Positions 1 through 11,204 of a DNA stretch of 64,000 nucleotides are shown in pieces. The stretch's first letter is position 1; the number at the start of each line of letters is the position of its first letter. Made by a program: the position numbers and the translations under genes. Location of the stretch: assembly GCA_965140585.1 (NCBI GenBank), contig OZ223269.1:1184001-1248000 (forward strand), read 5' to 3'. Source of the DNA: Spirochaetia bacterium. GTDB lineage: Bacteria > Spirochaetota > Spirochaetia > UBA9216. The notes under the pieces were generated by a model. That model was not told the DNA's origin. It saw nothing but the letters and a program-made list of their open reading frames with translations, and ran no database searches.

Positions 1-132
1 AAGAAAGATCATAGTTCAAGAAGGGGACTTCTGAAGATGGTCGGCCAGAGAAGAACTTTTCTGAAATATCTTAAAAGAACAGATCTGGAAGCCTACAGGG
101 AGATTTTGAAGAAACTGAATCTCAGAAAGTAA
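1..132 (+). CDS. rpsO: 30S ribosomal protein S15, 3' part (runs off the window start)
   Basis: Frame 1 reads [43 protein letters not shown], the S15 C-terminus; lies directly upstream of pnp. Confidence 0.97.
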   Translation, partial: KKDHSSRRGLLKMVGQRRTFLKYLKRTDLEAYREILKKLNLRK

Positions 133-152
133 TTAATTATTAGGAATTATTT

Positions 153-2273
<2,121 letters not shown>

Positions 2274-2290
2274 CTTACTTAGGTAAATTA

Positions 2291-2321
2291 AACCCGGTGG
2301 TAAGACACCGGGTTCTTTTTT
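2291..2321 (+). terminator. Rho-independent terminator after pnp
   Basis: aacccggtg-gtaaga-caccgggtt stem-loop followed by ctttttt. Confidence 0.85.
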
Positions 2322-2327
2322 GGAGCC

Positions 2328-2768
2328 GTGATGAAAAATTTTAAAGTACGATACAGCTGCACTGAAAATCTTGAACCGGTATATTCTTCAGAGTTTGCAT
2401 CAGGAGCTGATTTAAAGGCTGATGTCAATGAAGATATTATACTCAGCCCTCTTCAGCGGGTTATGGTTCCAACCGGCATTAAACTTGAAATACCGGCCGG
2501 TTATGAAGCCCAGGTAAGACCCCGATCAGGACTAGCCGCAAAAAGCGGGATTACAGTTCTAAATACTCCCGGCACAATCGATGCTGATTACCGTGGAGAA
2601 GTCAAAATAATTCTGATAAACCTCAGCAGTGAAGATTTTATAATTAAACGCGGAGACCGCATTGCACAGCTGGTGTTTGCACCTGTTGTTCAGGCAGAAT
2701 TGATTAAAACAGAAGAACTTTCAGAAACAGACAGGGGGAGCGGCGGTTTCGGCTCTACCGGAGTCTGA
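2328..2768 (+). CDS. dut: dUTP diphosphatase
   Basis: [22 protein letters not shown] and [10 protein letters not shown] motifs. Confidence 0.98.
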   Translation: MMKNFKVRYSCTENLEPVYSSEFASGADLKADVNEDIILSPLQRVMVPTGIKLEIPAGYEAQVRPRSGLAAKSGITVLNTPGTIDADYRGEVKIILINLSSEDFIIKRGDRIAQLVFAPVVQAELIKTEELSETDRGSGGFGSTGV

Positions 2769-2790
2769 GTTTCAGGGATAAATTAATTAA

Positions 2791-4059
2791 GTGGGTAGAA
2801 AGTTTACCAGTGTTTACAGATACGTAGCGGAAGAATTTCTCTTTTCATTTACCGTTGCGTTTTTATTCTTCTTCTTCATTTTCTTCGTAAATCAAATACT
2901 TCTCATGGCAGAAGAAATACTCTCCAAAAACATCGGCATATTTGTAGTCCTTAGACTGCTGATATATTCTCTGCCGGCAATAATATCATTCTCATTTCCC
3001 TTCGGCTCACTTGTAGGAGCTTTAATGGCTATAGGCCGTCTATCTTCGGATAATGAAGTTCTCGCATTTCAAGCCTGTGGTGTGCCGGCACTAAGACTTT
3101 TTATTCCTATTGCAGTAGTGGGTCTTGTATTTTCATTATTCAGTTTCTTAATGAATGATATTTTCTATCCTATGGGAAATATAAAATTCAGCCAGCTATA
3201 CCGTGAAGTCTTATATTCCAACCCGGAGCTGGAATTATCTCCATATTCAATCAAACGCTACCAGAAAAGTACAATAATCACAGGAAAAATTGAAAATAAT
3301 ATAATCTACGATCTGGTGATCATGGATAAAACTCCAGAAAAAGACAGGCGTATTATACTTGCTGATTCAGCCTCACTGAACAAACTTGAAGAACAGAATG
3401 GTGTAATTTCTCTGGAACTGCATGGAGTATTCATTCAGACCTTTGATCAAAAAAAGAAGAACGATTTTGATTATCTCACATCACAGTCCATGGTTTATAA
3501 TATTCTTCTTAAAGATATATCATTTTCAATGAAATCACCCGGACCGAGAGAAATGAGTTCGAGAGATGTAAAAGCTGAAATTCTAAAAAAACAGGGTTCA
3601 CTTGATTCCAAAATTCTCTCAAACCTCAGAAGTGCGGAACTTTCAGGATATACTATGACCTCTGAATACTATACTGCGGTTTCTCAGTTTCCGCCGAATT
3701 CCGATTTTAAAATAATGAGTTCAAATCTTGAAGATTACAGAAACCGGCTAAATAAGAACCTCAGTGACCGATCATTAAAAATATACCTTGTTGAATACTA
3801 TAAAAAGTTTTCATTGCCATTTGCCTGCTTTGCTTTTGTACTTTTCGCATTTCCAGTCGGACTTTTCACCAAAAGAAGCGGTCGTTCGGTCGGCTTCGGT
3901 ATAGGACTTCTTGTTGCAGTTGCTTACTGGGGACTTCTATTTGCAGGACAGACTTTCGGTATACAAAATGATTCAATACCTGTACTGACAATGTGGATGC
4001 CGGATATAGTAATCATGGCTGCAGCTCTAATATTTTCATTACTGAGGTTTCGCCATTGA
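2791..4059 (+). CDS. lptF: LptF/LptG family permease (LptF-like)
   Basis: 3 TM + periplasmic domain + 3 TM; GRLSSDNEVLAFQACG motif; paired with a second family member. Confidence 0.85.
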   Translation: MGRKFTSVYRYVAEEFLFSFTVAFLFFFFIFFVNQILLMAEEILSKNIGIFVVLRLLIYSLPAIISFSFPFGSLVGALMAIGRLSSDNEVLAFQACGVPALRLFIPIAVVGLVFSLFSFLMNDIFYPMGNIKFSQLYREVLYSNPELELSPYSIKRYQKSTIITGKIENNIIYDLVIMDKTPEKDRRIILADSASLNKLEEQNGVISLELHGVFIQTFDQKKKNDFDYLTSQSMVYNILLKDISFSMKSPGPREMSSRDVKAEILKKQGSLDSKILSNLRSAELSGYTMTSEYYTAVSQFPPNSDFKIMSSNLEDYRNRLNKNLSDRSLKIYLVEYYKKFSLPFACFAFVLFAFPVGLFTKRSGRSVGFGIGLLVAVAYWGLLFAGQTFGIQNDSIPVLTMWMPDIVIMAAALIFSLLRFRH

Positions 4060-5141
4060 ACACTTTAGACAGAATGATCATCAGACAGTTTTTACCGACT
4101 CTTCTTGTTGCTGTAATGTTTTTTGTTCTAATCCTTGAGATGGTTGATTTATTTGCAAACCTATGGCGTTATATCGACAATGAAACTCCTTTAATGCAGA
4201 TAGTTACTGTATTTATATTATATATTCCAAAGTGTATTTCGTTTTCAATACCGATGGCACTTCTGTTTGCGGTTTCATATACCCTTGGAAATTTCTATTC
4301 AAATAATGAGCTTATTGCGGTTTTCGGCTCCGGAGTACCGCTTTTCAGATTTGTTCTTCCTCTGATTTTTGCGGGGCTTATTCTAAGTGTTTTTTCATTT
4401 GCTTTTGAAGAAAACCTCGTAATAGAAACCTATAAAATGAAAAACGATCTCTCTAACCAGATGCTCAGACGCTCGGAAAGTCTGAATAACAGCAATCCCA
4501 CAGTAATCGATGAGAATGGAAGAGTTATCTACAGTGCAGATTTTTACAACGATAATGAAACAAACCTTACTAATTTAACTCTTATAGAAAGAGATGTTGA
4601 TGGTAATCTGATACAGAGCTTAAGCGCCGAATACGCCAAATGGAATGAGGAAAAATTACTTTGGGAATTTAACCGATGCAGGATTTATGCTTTAAATTCA
4701 GATTCCGGATTTTATGAAATTGATTATATAGACAAGTATACTAATGTACTTTATGATGCTGCACCTTTTACATTCAGGAAGGTTGTCCGTGATGTTGAAG
4801 AAATGCAGCTTAAAGATGCATCAATGTGGATTGAAGCGCTTCAGAAAGCCGGACTGCCTTACAGAGAAGCCCTTACCGCTTATTACAAAAGATTTTCTTT
4901 TGCACTCACACCATTTATAGTCAGTCTGCTTTCAGCAGCTATCGGCGGACGATTCAGAAAAAATATACTGTTGATGAGTCTGCTTACAAGTCTTATTATA
5001 TCTGTAGTATATTACGTAATGCAGATGGTTCTGGTTATTCTGGCAAATCTGGGTTATATATCTCCTGCAGCAGGAGCCTGGTCACCATTCATCTTTTTCT
5101 GCATACTTGGATTCTTTGCCTACCGATGGTCTCATTCGTAA
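4056..5141 (+). CDS. lptG: LptF/LptG family permease (LptG-like)
   Basis: SNNELIAVFGSG motif and same topology. Probable TTG start at 4056 overlapping the lptF TGA (TTGA); track start 3993 looks over-extended. Confidence 0.85.
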   Translation: MNTLDRMIIRQFLPTLLVAVMFFVLILEMVDLFANLWRYIDNETPLMQIVTVFILYIPKCISFSIPMALLFAVSYTLGNFYSNNELIAVFGSGVPLFRFVLPLIFAGLILSVFSFAFEENLVIETYKMKNDLSNQMLRRSESLNNSNPTVIDENGRVIYSADFYNDNETNLTNLTLIERDVDGNLIQSLSAEYAKWNEEKLLWEFNRCRIYALNSDSGFYEIDYIDKYTNVLYDAAPFTFRKVVRDVEEMQLKDASMWIEALQKAGLPYREALTAYYKRFSFALTPFIVSLLSAAIGGRFRKNILLMSLLTSLIISVVYYVMQMVLVILANLGYISPAAGAWSPFIFFCILGFFAYRWSHS

Positions 5142-5170
5142 TAAATTATTCTTTAAATATGGAGTATTAG

Positions 5171-6313
5171 TTGAAATTCGAAGTTACATTACACGATTCA
5201 GAATCTTCCGCCAGAACCGGAAAACTTGAACTGCCTCACGGCACCCTTGAAACACCGGTCTTTATGCCCGTCGGAACAAATGCAACTGTCAAAGGTATGC
5301 ATCATGATACCCTCGATAATATCGGATTTAAGCTTATCCTTGCAAATACCTATCACTTGTACCTCCGTCCCGGTATGGATCTGTTTCTTGAATTCGGAGG
5401 AGTACACAAATTCAGTAACTGGAAGCACAATATTCTTACCGACAGCGGCGGATTCCAGGTATTCTCGCTTGCGCCCTTCCGAAAGATAAAGGAAGAGGGC
5501 GTATATTTTAGATCTCACATTGACGGCAGCTATCATACTCTGACTCCCGAGAAGGTTGTTCAGCTCCAGAAGGCTTTCAACAGCGATATTATGATGCAGC
5601 TTGATGTTTGTACAGCTCCTGAAATAGACTATCGAAAAGCTCTTGAAGCACTTGAACTTACAACAAGATGGGCCGGAAGATGCAAAACCGAGTGGCTCAA
5701 GGAATCTCCCGGTTACGAAGGAAGTCTTTTCGGGATAGTGCAGGGAAACTTTTATGAAGATCTCCGAAAAAGAAGTGCAGAGGAACTCATTGAGCTTGAT
5801 CTTCCCGGATACGCTATAGGCGGTCTTTCAGTCGGTGAAGAGTACAATATATTCCGGGACTTTCTTTCATATACTTCACAATTCCTGCCCGAATCAAAAC
5901 CTAGATATCTTATGGGTATAGGTACACCTGAATACATACTAGATGCTGTTGAAAACGGTATTGATCTTTTTGACTGTGTACTTCCCACAAGAATTGCCCG
6001 CAACGGGACTGTATTTACAAGGGGAGGAACCATTTCTCTCAAAAAAGCGGTGCACTCCTCATCACATGAACCTATTGAAGAAGGCTGCGGCTGCCGGGCC
6101 TGTACACAGTATTCCCGGGCTTACCTTCGGCATATGTTCAAGGCAGGTGAGATGTATGGGCCCATGCTGGCCACGGAACATAATCTCTTCTTTCTTTATA
6201 AAATGCTTGAAGATATACGAAAAAGTATACGCGAAGACCGTTTTCCACAGTTTAAAAAAGAATTTTTGTCCGGTTACAACTCAAGCAGTTCCACCGGAAA
6301 GGCCGGCAGATAA
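5171..6313 (+). CDS. tgt: Queuine tRNA-ribosyltransferase
   Basis: TPVFMPVGT, NTYHLYLRPG, TDSGGFQ, DCVLPTR motifs and CxCxxC..H zinc site. Confidence 0.98.
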   Translation: MKFEVTLHDSESSARTGKLELPHGTLETPVFMPVGTNATVKGMHHDTLDNIGFKLILANTYHLYLRPGMDLFLEFGGVHKFSNWKHNILTDSGGFQVFSLAPFRKIKEEGVYFRSHIDGSYHTLTPEKVVQLQKAFNSDIMMQLDVCTAPEIDYRKALEALELTTRWAGRCKTEWLKESPGYEGSLFGIVQGNFYEDLRKRSAEELIELDLPGYAIGGLSVGEEYNIFRDFLSYTSQFLPESKPRYLMGIGTPEYILDAVENGIDLFDCVLPTRIARNGTVFTRGGTISLKKAVHSSSHEPIEEGCGCRACTQYSRAYLRHMFKAGEMYGPMLATEHNLFFLYKMLEDIRKSIREDRFPQFKKEFLSGYNSSSSTGKAGR

Positions 6314-6318
6314 AAATT

Positions 6319-7881
6319 ATGAGCGATAAAACAAAAACTGTCCGTTCTACCTTCGTTGTCATGGTATGTACTTTTGCATCGAGAATACTCGGATTCATAC
6401 GAATCGCTGTGATTACAGCTATTTTCGGTGCTGGTGATGTAGCTGACGTTATAAATCTTACTTTTTCTATCCCGAATAACCTCAGGAAACTGATGGCTGA
6501 AGGAGCACTTTCTTCAGCATTTATACCTGTTCTTTCACAGGCCATTGTAAAAGATAAATCCGGAAAAGAACCAAAGCGTCTAGTGAGAAATATTCTGTCA
6601 TTTCAGGTCTTGATTCTTGTTCCCCTATGCGTTCTGCTTATAATCTTTGCAAAACCGCTTATCGCTCTTGTCCTGGCCGAGTTTGATGCGCAATGGCAGG
6701 TAGAACTTGCTGTAAAACTTTTCAGATGGTTTATCAATTATCTGCTTTTTATAAGTATCAGTGCAGTTCTAATGGCAACTCTCAACTCATCAGGTCATTT
6801 TATGGTACCGGCAGTTACACCGATACTTTTTTCCATCTGCGTAATAGGCTCTATAATCCTTCTTCATTATGTTCTCGGTGTTTATTCAATGGTGGTAGGT
6901 GTTCTGGCTGGAGGGCTGGCTCAGATACTGTTTCAGTCTCCTGTTTTCATAAAATCCGGCTTTGATTTTAAACCTGATTTTAAGTTCAAAAATTCCGGTT
7001 TTCAGCGGATAATGAAACAATGGATGCCGGTTCTTGCCACAAGCTCAATCTTAACAGTAACACAGACAATTGCTTTCCGTTTTGCAAGCGGTCTTTCTGA
7101 AGGAAGTACTTCTGCACTCAGCAATGCAGTTGTTTTCTGGCAGTTCCCTTACGGAATTTTTTCAGCATCGATATCAACAGTACTGTTTCCGAGAATGAGC
7201 CGTCAGGCAGCTTCATCTGATTACTCCGGACTTGCAGATACTATACAGTATGGTATACGCTACCTGGCTGTACTTCTGATTCCATCAACTCTTTTTTTAA
7301 GCCTTTTCGGCAAAGAGATTATAGCAGTCACCATTCAGCACGGCATGTTTACTGCCGAAAATACTATTATGACCGCATCTGTATTAACAGCCTATAGTGC
7401 AGGACTGTTCAGCTCTGGCGCATATAATTTCCTCCAGAGATTTTTTTACAGTTCAGGTAATTACCGTATCCCCCTGTATATGACTATTATAATTGCAGTA
7501 AGCGATATAATTCTTTCTCTTATTCTGAAAGAAACATATCTCGGGGTCAGGGGACTTGCTTATGCCAATACCATTTCCTTCAGTATCGGGTTTATAATTC
7601 TGTTTATTCTTGCGGTATTAAAACTTCAGACTATAGATTATAGAAGTATTTTGAAGACCTTTTTAAAGATAATCTTTTCAATGACACCATTTATTGCTTT
7701 TCTACTTATTTTTAAGAGATTAAGCGGAGATTGGTGGCTGGATGGAAGCAGTTTTTACGGTGTAGCTATGCTTTTAGCCGGTTTTACCGTCAGTTGCGCA
7801 TTAATATTGGGTATGTATAAACTTACAAGAGTCGAGATGATAAATGCTCTTCTGAGTAAAAGGAAAAGAAAAAATGCATAA
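6319..7881 (+). CDS. murJ: Lipid II flippase MurJ (MviN)
   Basis: SRILGFIR and IPNNLRKLMAEGALSSAFIP motifs; about 14 hydrophobic segments. Confidence 0.96.
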   Translation: MSDKTKTVRSTFVVMVCTFASRILGFIRIAVITAIFGAGDVADVINLTFSIPNNLRKLMAEGALSSAFIPVLSQAIVKDKSGKEPKRLVRNILSFQVLILVPLCVLLIIFAKPLIALVLAEFDAQWQVELAVKLFRWFINYLLFISISAVLMATLNSSGHFMVPAVTPILFSICVIGSIILLHYVLGVYSMVVGVLAGGLAQILFQSPVFIKSGFDFKPDFKFKNSGFQRIMKQWMPVLATSSILTVTQTIAFRFASGLSEGSTSALSNAVVFWQFPYGIFSASISTVLFPRMSRQAASSDYSGLADTIQYGIRYLAVLLIPSTLFLSLFGKEIIAVTIQHGMFTAENTIMTASVLTAYSAGLFSSGAYNFLQRFFYSSGNYRIPLYMTIIIAVSDIILSLILKETYLGVRGLAYANTISFSIGFIILFILAVLKLQTIDYRSILKTFLKIIFSMTPFIAFLLIFKRLSGDWWLDGSSFYGVAMLLAGFTVSCALILGMYKLTRVEMINALLSKRKRKNA

Positions 7882-9292
7882 AGCAACAACAGCCTTCATT
7901 TGTTCTGCGGTAATTTTCTTTATTCCGCTCATTAGTATATCCGCACAGGATAGTACGGCTGAAGCTGACCCAACCTCCACTGGAACCTCTGCTGATGAAC
8001 AGACGAAAGCAGATGAGAAAAAAGCAGAAGAACAGCTTAAATCTCTTGATGAAGACAGAAGAGATACGCTTCTCTACGGCATCGATTCAGAAGTTACCGA
8101 ACTTATAGACAAACTGACTTCTGAAAAGGATTCAAAGTTTACTCCTGAAATCAGCGAAATTTACTCTGCAGCTCTGAATCCATCGATAATCAGCAGCTGT
8201 GTTAATTATTTTATCACTGTAGAATTTGACGGTGCCGGAGAAAAATCCAGAGATATAATCAGTAATTTTGAAGATGAGAATAATAATTCACTGTCCGCCG
8301 CACTGCGGTATGTTTCAACCTATCCTGATGAAGAATCTGAAGATATCATTATAAATCTTGTTGATAATGAGAATAAACTTTTAGCTTCCGCAGCAATAAC
8401 CGCTCTTGGTAAATGCGGCACAGAAAAAAGTGCAGACACACTTCTTGATTACCTTGAAGACGATGATTTTCCAGAAGAACTAAAACCGACAATTATTAAA
8501 GCACTCGGTGAGATGAAATCTGAGATTTCGGTCGATATCCTTATTGAAATTCTGGATGACATTGATGAAGAAAAATCATGGCGGTGGAATGCTTGTGAAG
8601 CACTCGGTAAAATCGGCGATCCTGAAGCTCTTCCGTCTATTAAAGAAGCACTGCTTGATAAGGATACTTATCTCCGCTCATTTGCGGTAAAAGCGCTGTC
8701 ATCCTATGAAGGCAGCGATATAGAAAAAACACTCATCCAGTCCCTCCGTGATTCATTCTGGAGAGTCCGGGTAAGTGCAGCAGAAGCCCTTGGTGAGAGG
8801 AAAACAAAAGAAGCTGTAGACATCCTTATTTATAAAGCTGAAAAAGATCCTGAAGCCAATGTTAAAAAAGCTGCAGTCAAAGCCCTAGGCGAAATAGGAA
8901 CCAAAGAATCCTTTGAGTTTCTGCGTGAAGCCTTCGGCAGCAGCAGCACTTCTGCCGGGATACGAGCGCTGTGTGCTCAAACCGTAATAGAAAAAGATCT
9001 TTCAGCCTCACTTGATACTGTAAAAAAGGTATTTGCTGAAGAGTATGAAAAAGAAACTTCACCAATCCTCGGTCATGTATGCAACTTTCTCAGCAAACAG
9101 GAAAACTCAGGACTTAAAGACCTTTATCTTAGAATGCTTGATCATAACGATGTTGCTATCAAGATATATGGAATCAAGGGTATAGAACTGAACGGATTTA
9201 AAGATCTGAAGGAAAAACTTGAGGCAATCACTGAATCAGCAGGTAATAATGCCGTAAAAAAGAATGCCCTGTCTGTACTTGAAGAGTGGTAA
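7874..9292 (+). CDS. Exported HEAT-repeat protein
   Basis: Signal-peptide-like N-terminus; repeated A..ALG.. HEAT/PBS-lyase units; 8-bp overlap with murJ. Confidence 0.85.
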   Translation: MHKATTAFICSAVIFFIPLISISAQDSTAEADPTSTGTSADEQTKADEKKAEEQLKSLDEDRRDTLLYGIDSEVTELIDKLTSEKDSKFTPEISEIYSAALNPSIISSCVNYFITVEFDGAGEKSRDIISNFEDENNNSLSAALRYVSTYPDEESEDIIINLVDNENKLLASAAITALGKCGTEKSADTLLDYLEDDDFPEELKPTIIKALGEMKSEISVDILIEILDDIDEEKSWRWNACEALGKIGDPEALPSIKEALLDKDTYLRSFAVKALSSYEGSDIEKTLIQSLRDSFWRVRVSAAEALGERKTKEAVDILIYKAEKDPEANVKKAAVKALGEIGTKESFEFLREAFGSSSTSAGIRALCAQTVIEKDLSASLDTVKKVFAEEYEKETSPILGHVCNFLSKQENSGLKDLYLRMLDHNDVAIKIYGIKGIELNGFKDLKEKLEAITESAGNNAVKKNALSVLEEW

Positions 9293-9315
9293 TGCAGTTA
9301 TAATCCAACGGCTCT

Positions 9316-11190
9316 TTAGAATTCCAGATCAGGGGTTCCGGTTGTTCTGGTCATATTAAGATATCTGTTAAGTTTCTCCAGTTTTGAAATATGCTGTCTG
9401 AACTCAATATAAAATGTATGCTCGTCCTTATTAACTACTTTTACAGGTCTGTAAAGGCAGCCGTGCATGGGACCGTCAAGTTCGGGGAAAAACTCAGGGA
9501 TTTCAGGCCGTAAAATAAAATCATCGCCAGTACATTCGATTGTAGCAATTACCGCTGGCACCTTTACCAGAAAGATTCTGAACGCAGCTCCTGATGAGCC
9601 GCCTATTTTCTGTCTGGTATTTATTCCAAGCCACTTTATATTGAATATTCCGGTTTGAGTATTCTGCCCGTATACAATCATTTGTATAGGTCTGTTCTTC
9701 TTTATATCAAACTCATCAAACCCGCGGCGCTTAGCCTCAGCAATCATCAGCTCCTGCATTGCATTAGGCTGCTCGATAACGGGCATCTTTTCGTGCTCTT
9801 TACGTTTTCTTGCTGAAGCAGCCCCGGATTCGCTCGGTTCCAACCCATCTTCAGATTTTTTCGCAGACTTTGCTGCAGAAATATCAGATGAAGCTTCAGA
9901 AACTTTATGTTGCGCTTTCGCCGATGAAGTCATCGACGGTAAATGCGATGCTGACCCGGCAAGTTTTCTGAGTATAAGAATCAGCAGCACTGCAATAACG
10001 ATTGCGGCTAGAAGAACTATAATTATAAATCTGACTATGGGGCTGAGCGAAGAGATAGGACCACGGCTTTCGATCACTTCAAAATGCAGATTAACGCTGT
10101 CAGGACTCACCCTTTGCCCCCCGGTGAAAATAAACTTTATTTCTGCAGTATATTCTCCCGGAATAACTGATTCAGGAAGGCTGACAGCAGCTGTCATTGT
10201 ACCTTCGGCTCTTCCTTCAAGTTTCAGACTTACCGGTTCCTGAAGAATGTCCCGTCCGTCCCATAACAGAGCGGAAAGACTCAGTAAAATATTTGAATCG
10301 GATTTGTTTGTAATTTCAATTGGAAGCTTAAAATTTCTTTTTACTTCTCCAAGTTCACTATTTACATGAAGTGCAGGAATTCCCAGAGCTACAGCAGCCA
10401 TGTCATTTTCATCAACATCGAAAACACTTGAACTTGCTCCGGCTGCTTTACTAACCTTTGAAATAACTTCATTACTGTCAGTTTTTTCTGATTCTGCAGA
10501 ATCGGATATTGCATCACTATTTCCGCCGGAAGCAGTGGAAATATTAGCAGAGTTATCCCCGGAACTGACATCTGTATTTCGATCTTTTGAAACAGCATTG
10601 TCCGGCTGCACCGGGGTTAGTGCATTCACGGATTCATTGTCAGAACCGCTTTCCGATTCATCAGTTTTCAACTGGAGGATGCTTACATCCCAGCCCTCTT
10701 TGTGGATATCACTTGAAACCCTGTTAAGTTCATCAAGTACTTCATCGTCAGTTTTACCGTAATAGGGACTTCCCTCAGGAGGATCATGAATTCCGTCGGT
10801 CAAAATAATAATTTTCTTGGCATTACTTAAAGGCAGATCAAGGCAGTATTTATACAGAACACGCAAAGCCAGAATAAGATCGGTATGCTGTCCCATAGGC
10901 TGAAGCAGCATGGAGTAACTCATGACCTGGTTAAGGTCGTCATTATTTCTGATTTCTCTGGCTATTTCCACTTCTGTAGAATCAGAAAAGGTTATCAGGT
11001 TGAAAGTGTCACCTGGCTTCAGATGCTCTGTAATAATTTTACCGATAAGAGATTCCTGAATACGATCGTAGTAGGGGATTACACTTATGGAATTATCAAG
11101 AAGTATAACCATATCGGTTCTGTCCGCGCCCGAAACAGGGCTGAGCAGAACCAACAGGAAAATAATAAAACTAATAACACTTTTTTTCAT
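9316..11190 (-). CDS. VWA-domain membrane protein
   Basis: Signal peptide; MIDAS motif LLDNSIS...HTD...ILTDG; acidic/Ser-rich linker; beta-rich domain; one TM helix; cytoplasmic tail. Confidence 0.85.
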   Translation of the reverse strand: MKKSVISFIIFLLVLLSPVSGADRTDMVILLDNSISVIPYYDRIQESLIGKIITEHLKPGDTFNLITFSDSTEVEIAREIRNNDDLNQVMSYSMLLQPMGQHTDLILALRVLYKYCLDLPLSNAKKIIILTDGIHDPPEGSPYYGKTDDEVLDELNRVSSDIHKEGWDVSILQLKTDESESGSDNESVNALTPVQPDNAVSKDRNTDVSSGDNSANISTASGGNSDAISDSAESEKTDSNEVISKVSKAAGASSSVFDVDENDMAAVALGIPALHVNSELGEVKRNFKLPIEITNKSDSNILLSLSALLWDGRDILQEPVSLKLEGRAEGTMTAAVSLPESVIPGEYTAEIKFIFTGGQRVSPDSVNLHFEVIESRGPISSLSPIVRFIIIVLLAAIVIAVLLILILRKLAGSASHLPSMTSSAKAQHKVSEASSDISAAKSAKKSEDGLEPSESGAASARKRKEHEKMPVIEQPNAMQELMIAEAKRRGFDEFDIKKNRPIQMIVYGQNTQTGIFNIKWLGINTRQKIGGSSGAAFRIFLVKVPAVIATIECTGDDFILRPEIPEFFPELDGPMHGCLYRPVKVVNKDEHTFYIEFRQHISKLEKLNRYLNMTRTTGTPDLEF

Positions 11191-11204
11191 GAAAACGCTC
11201 CGGT

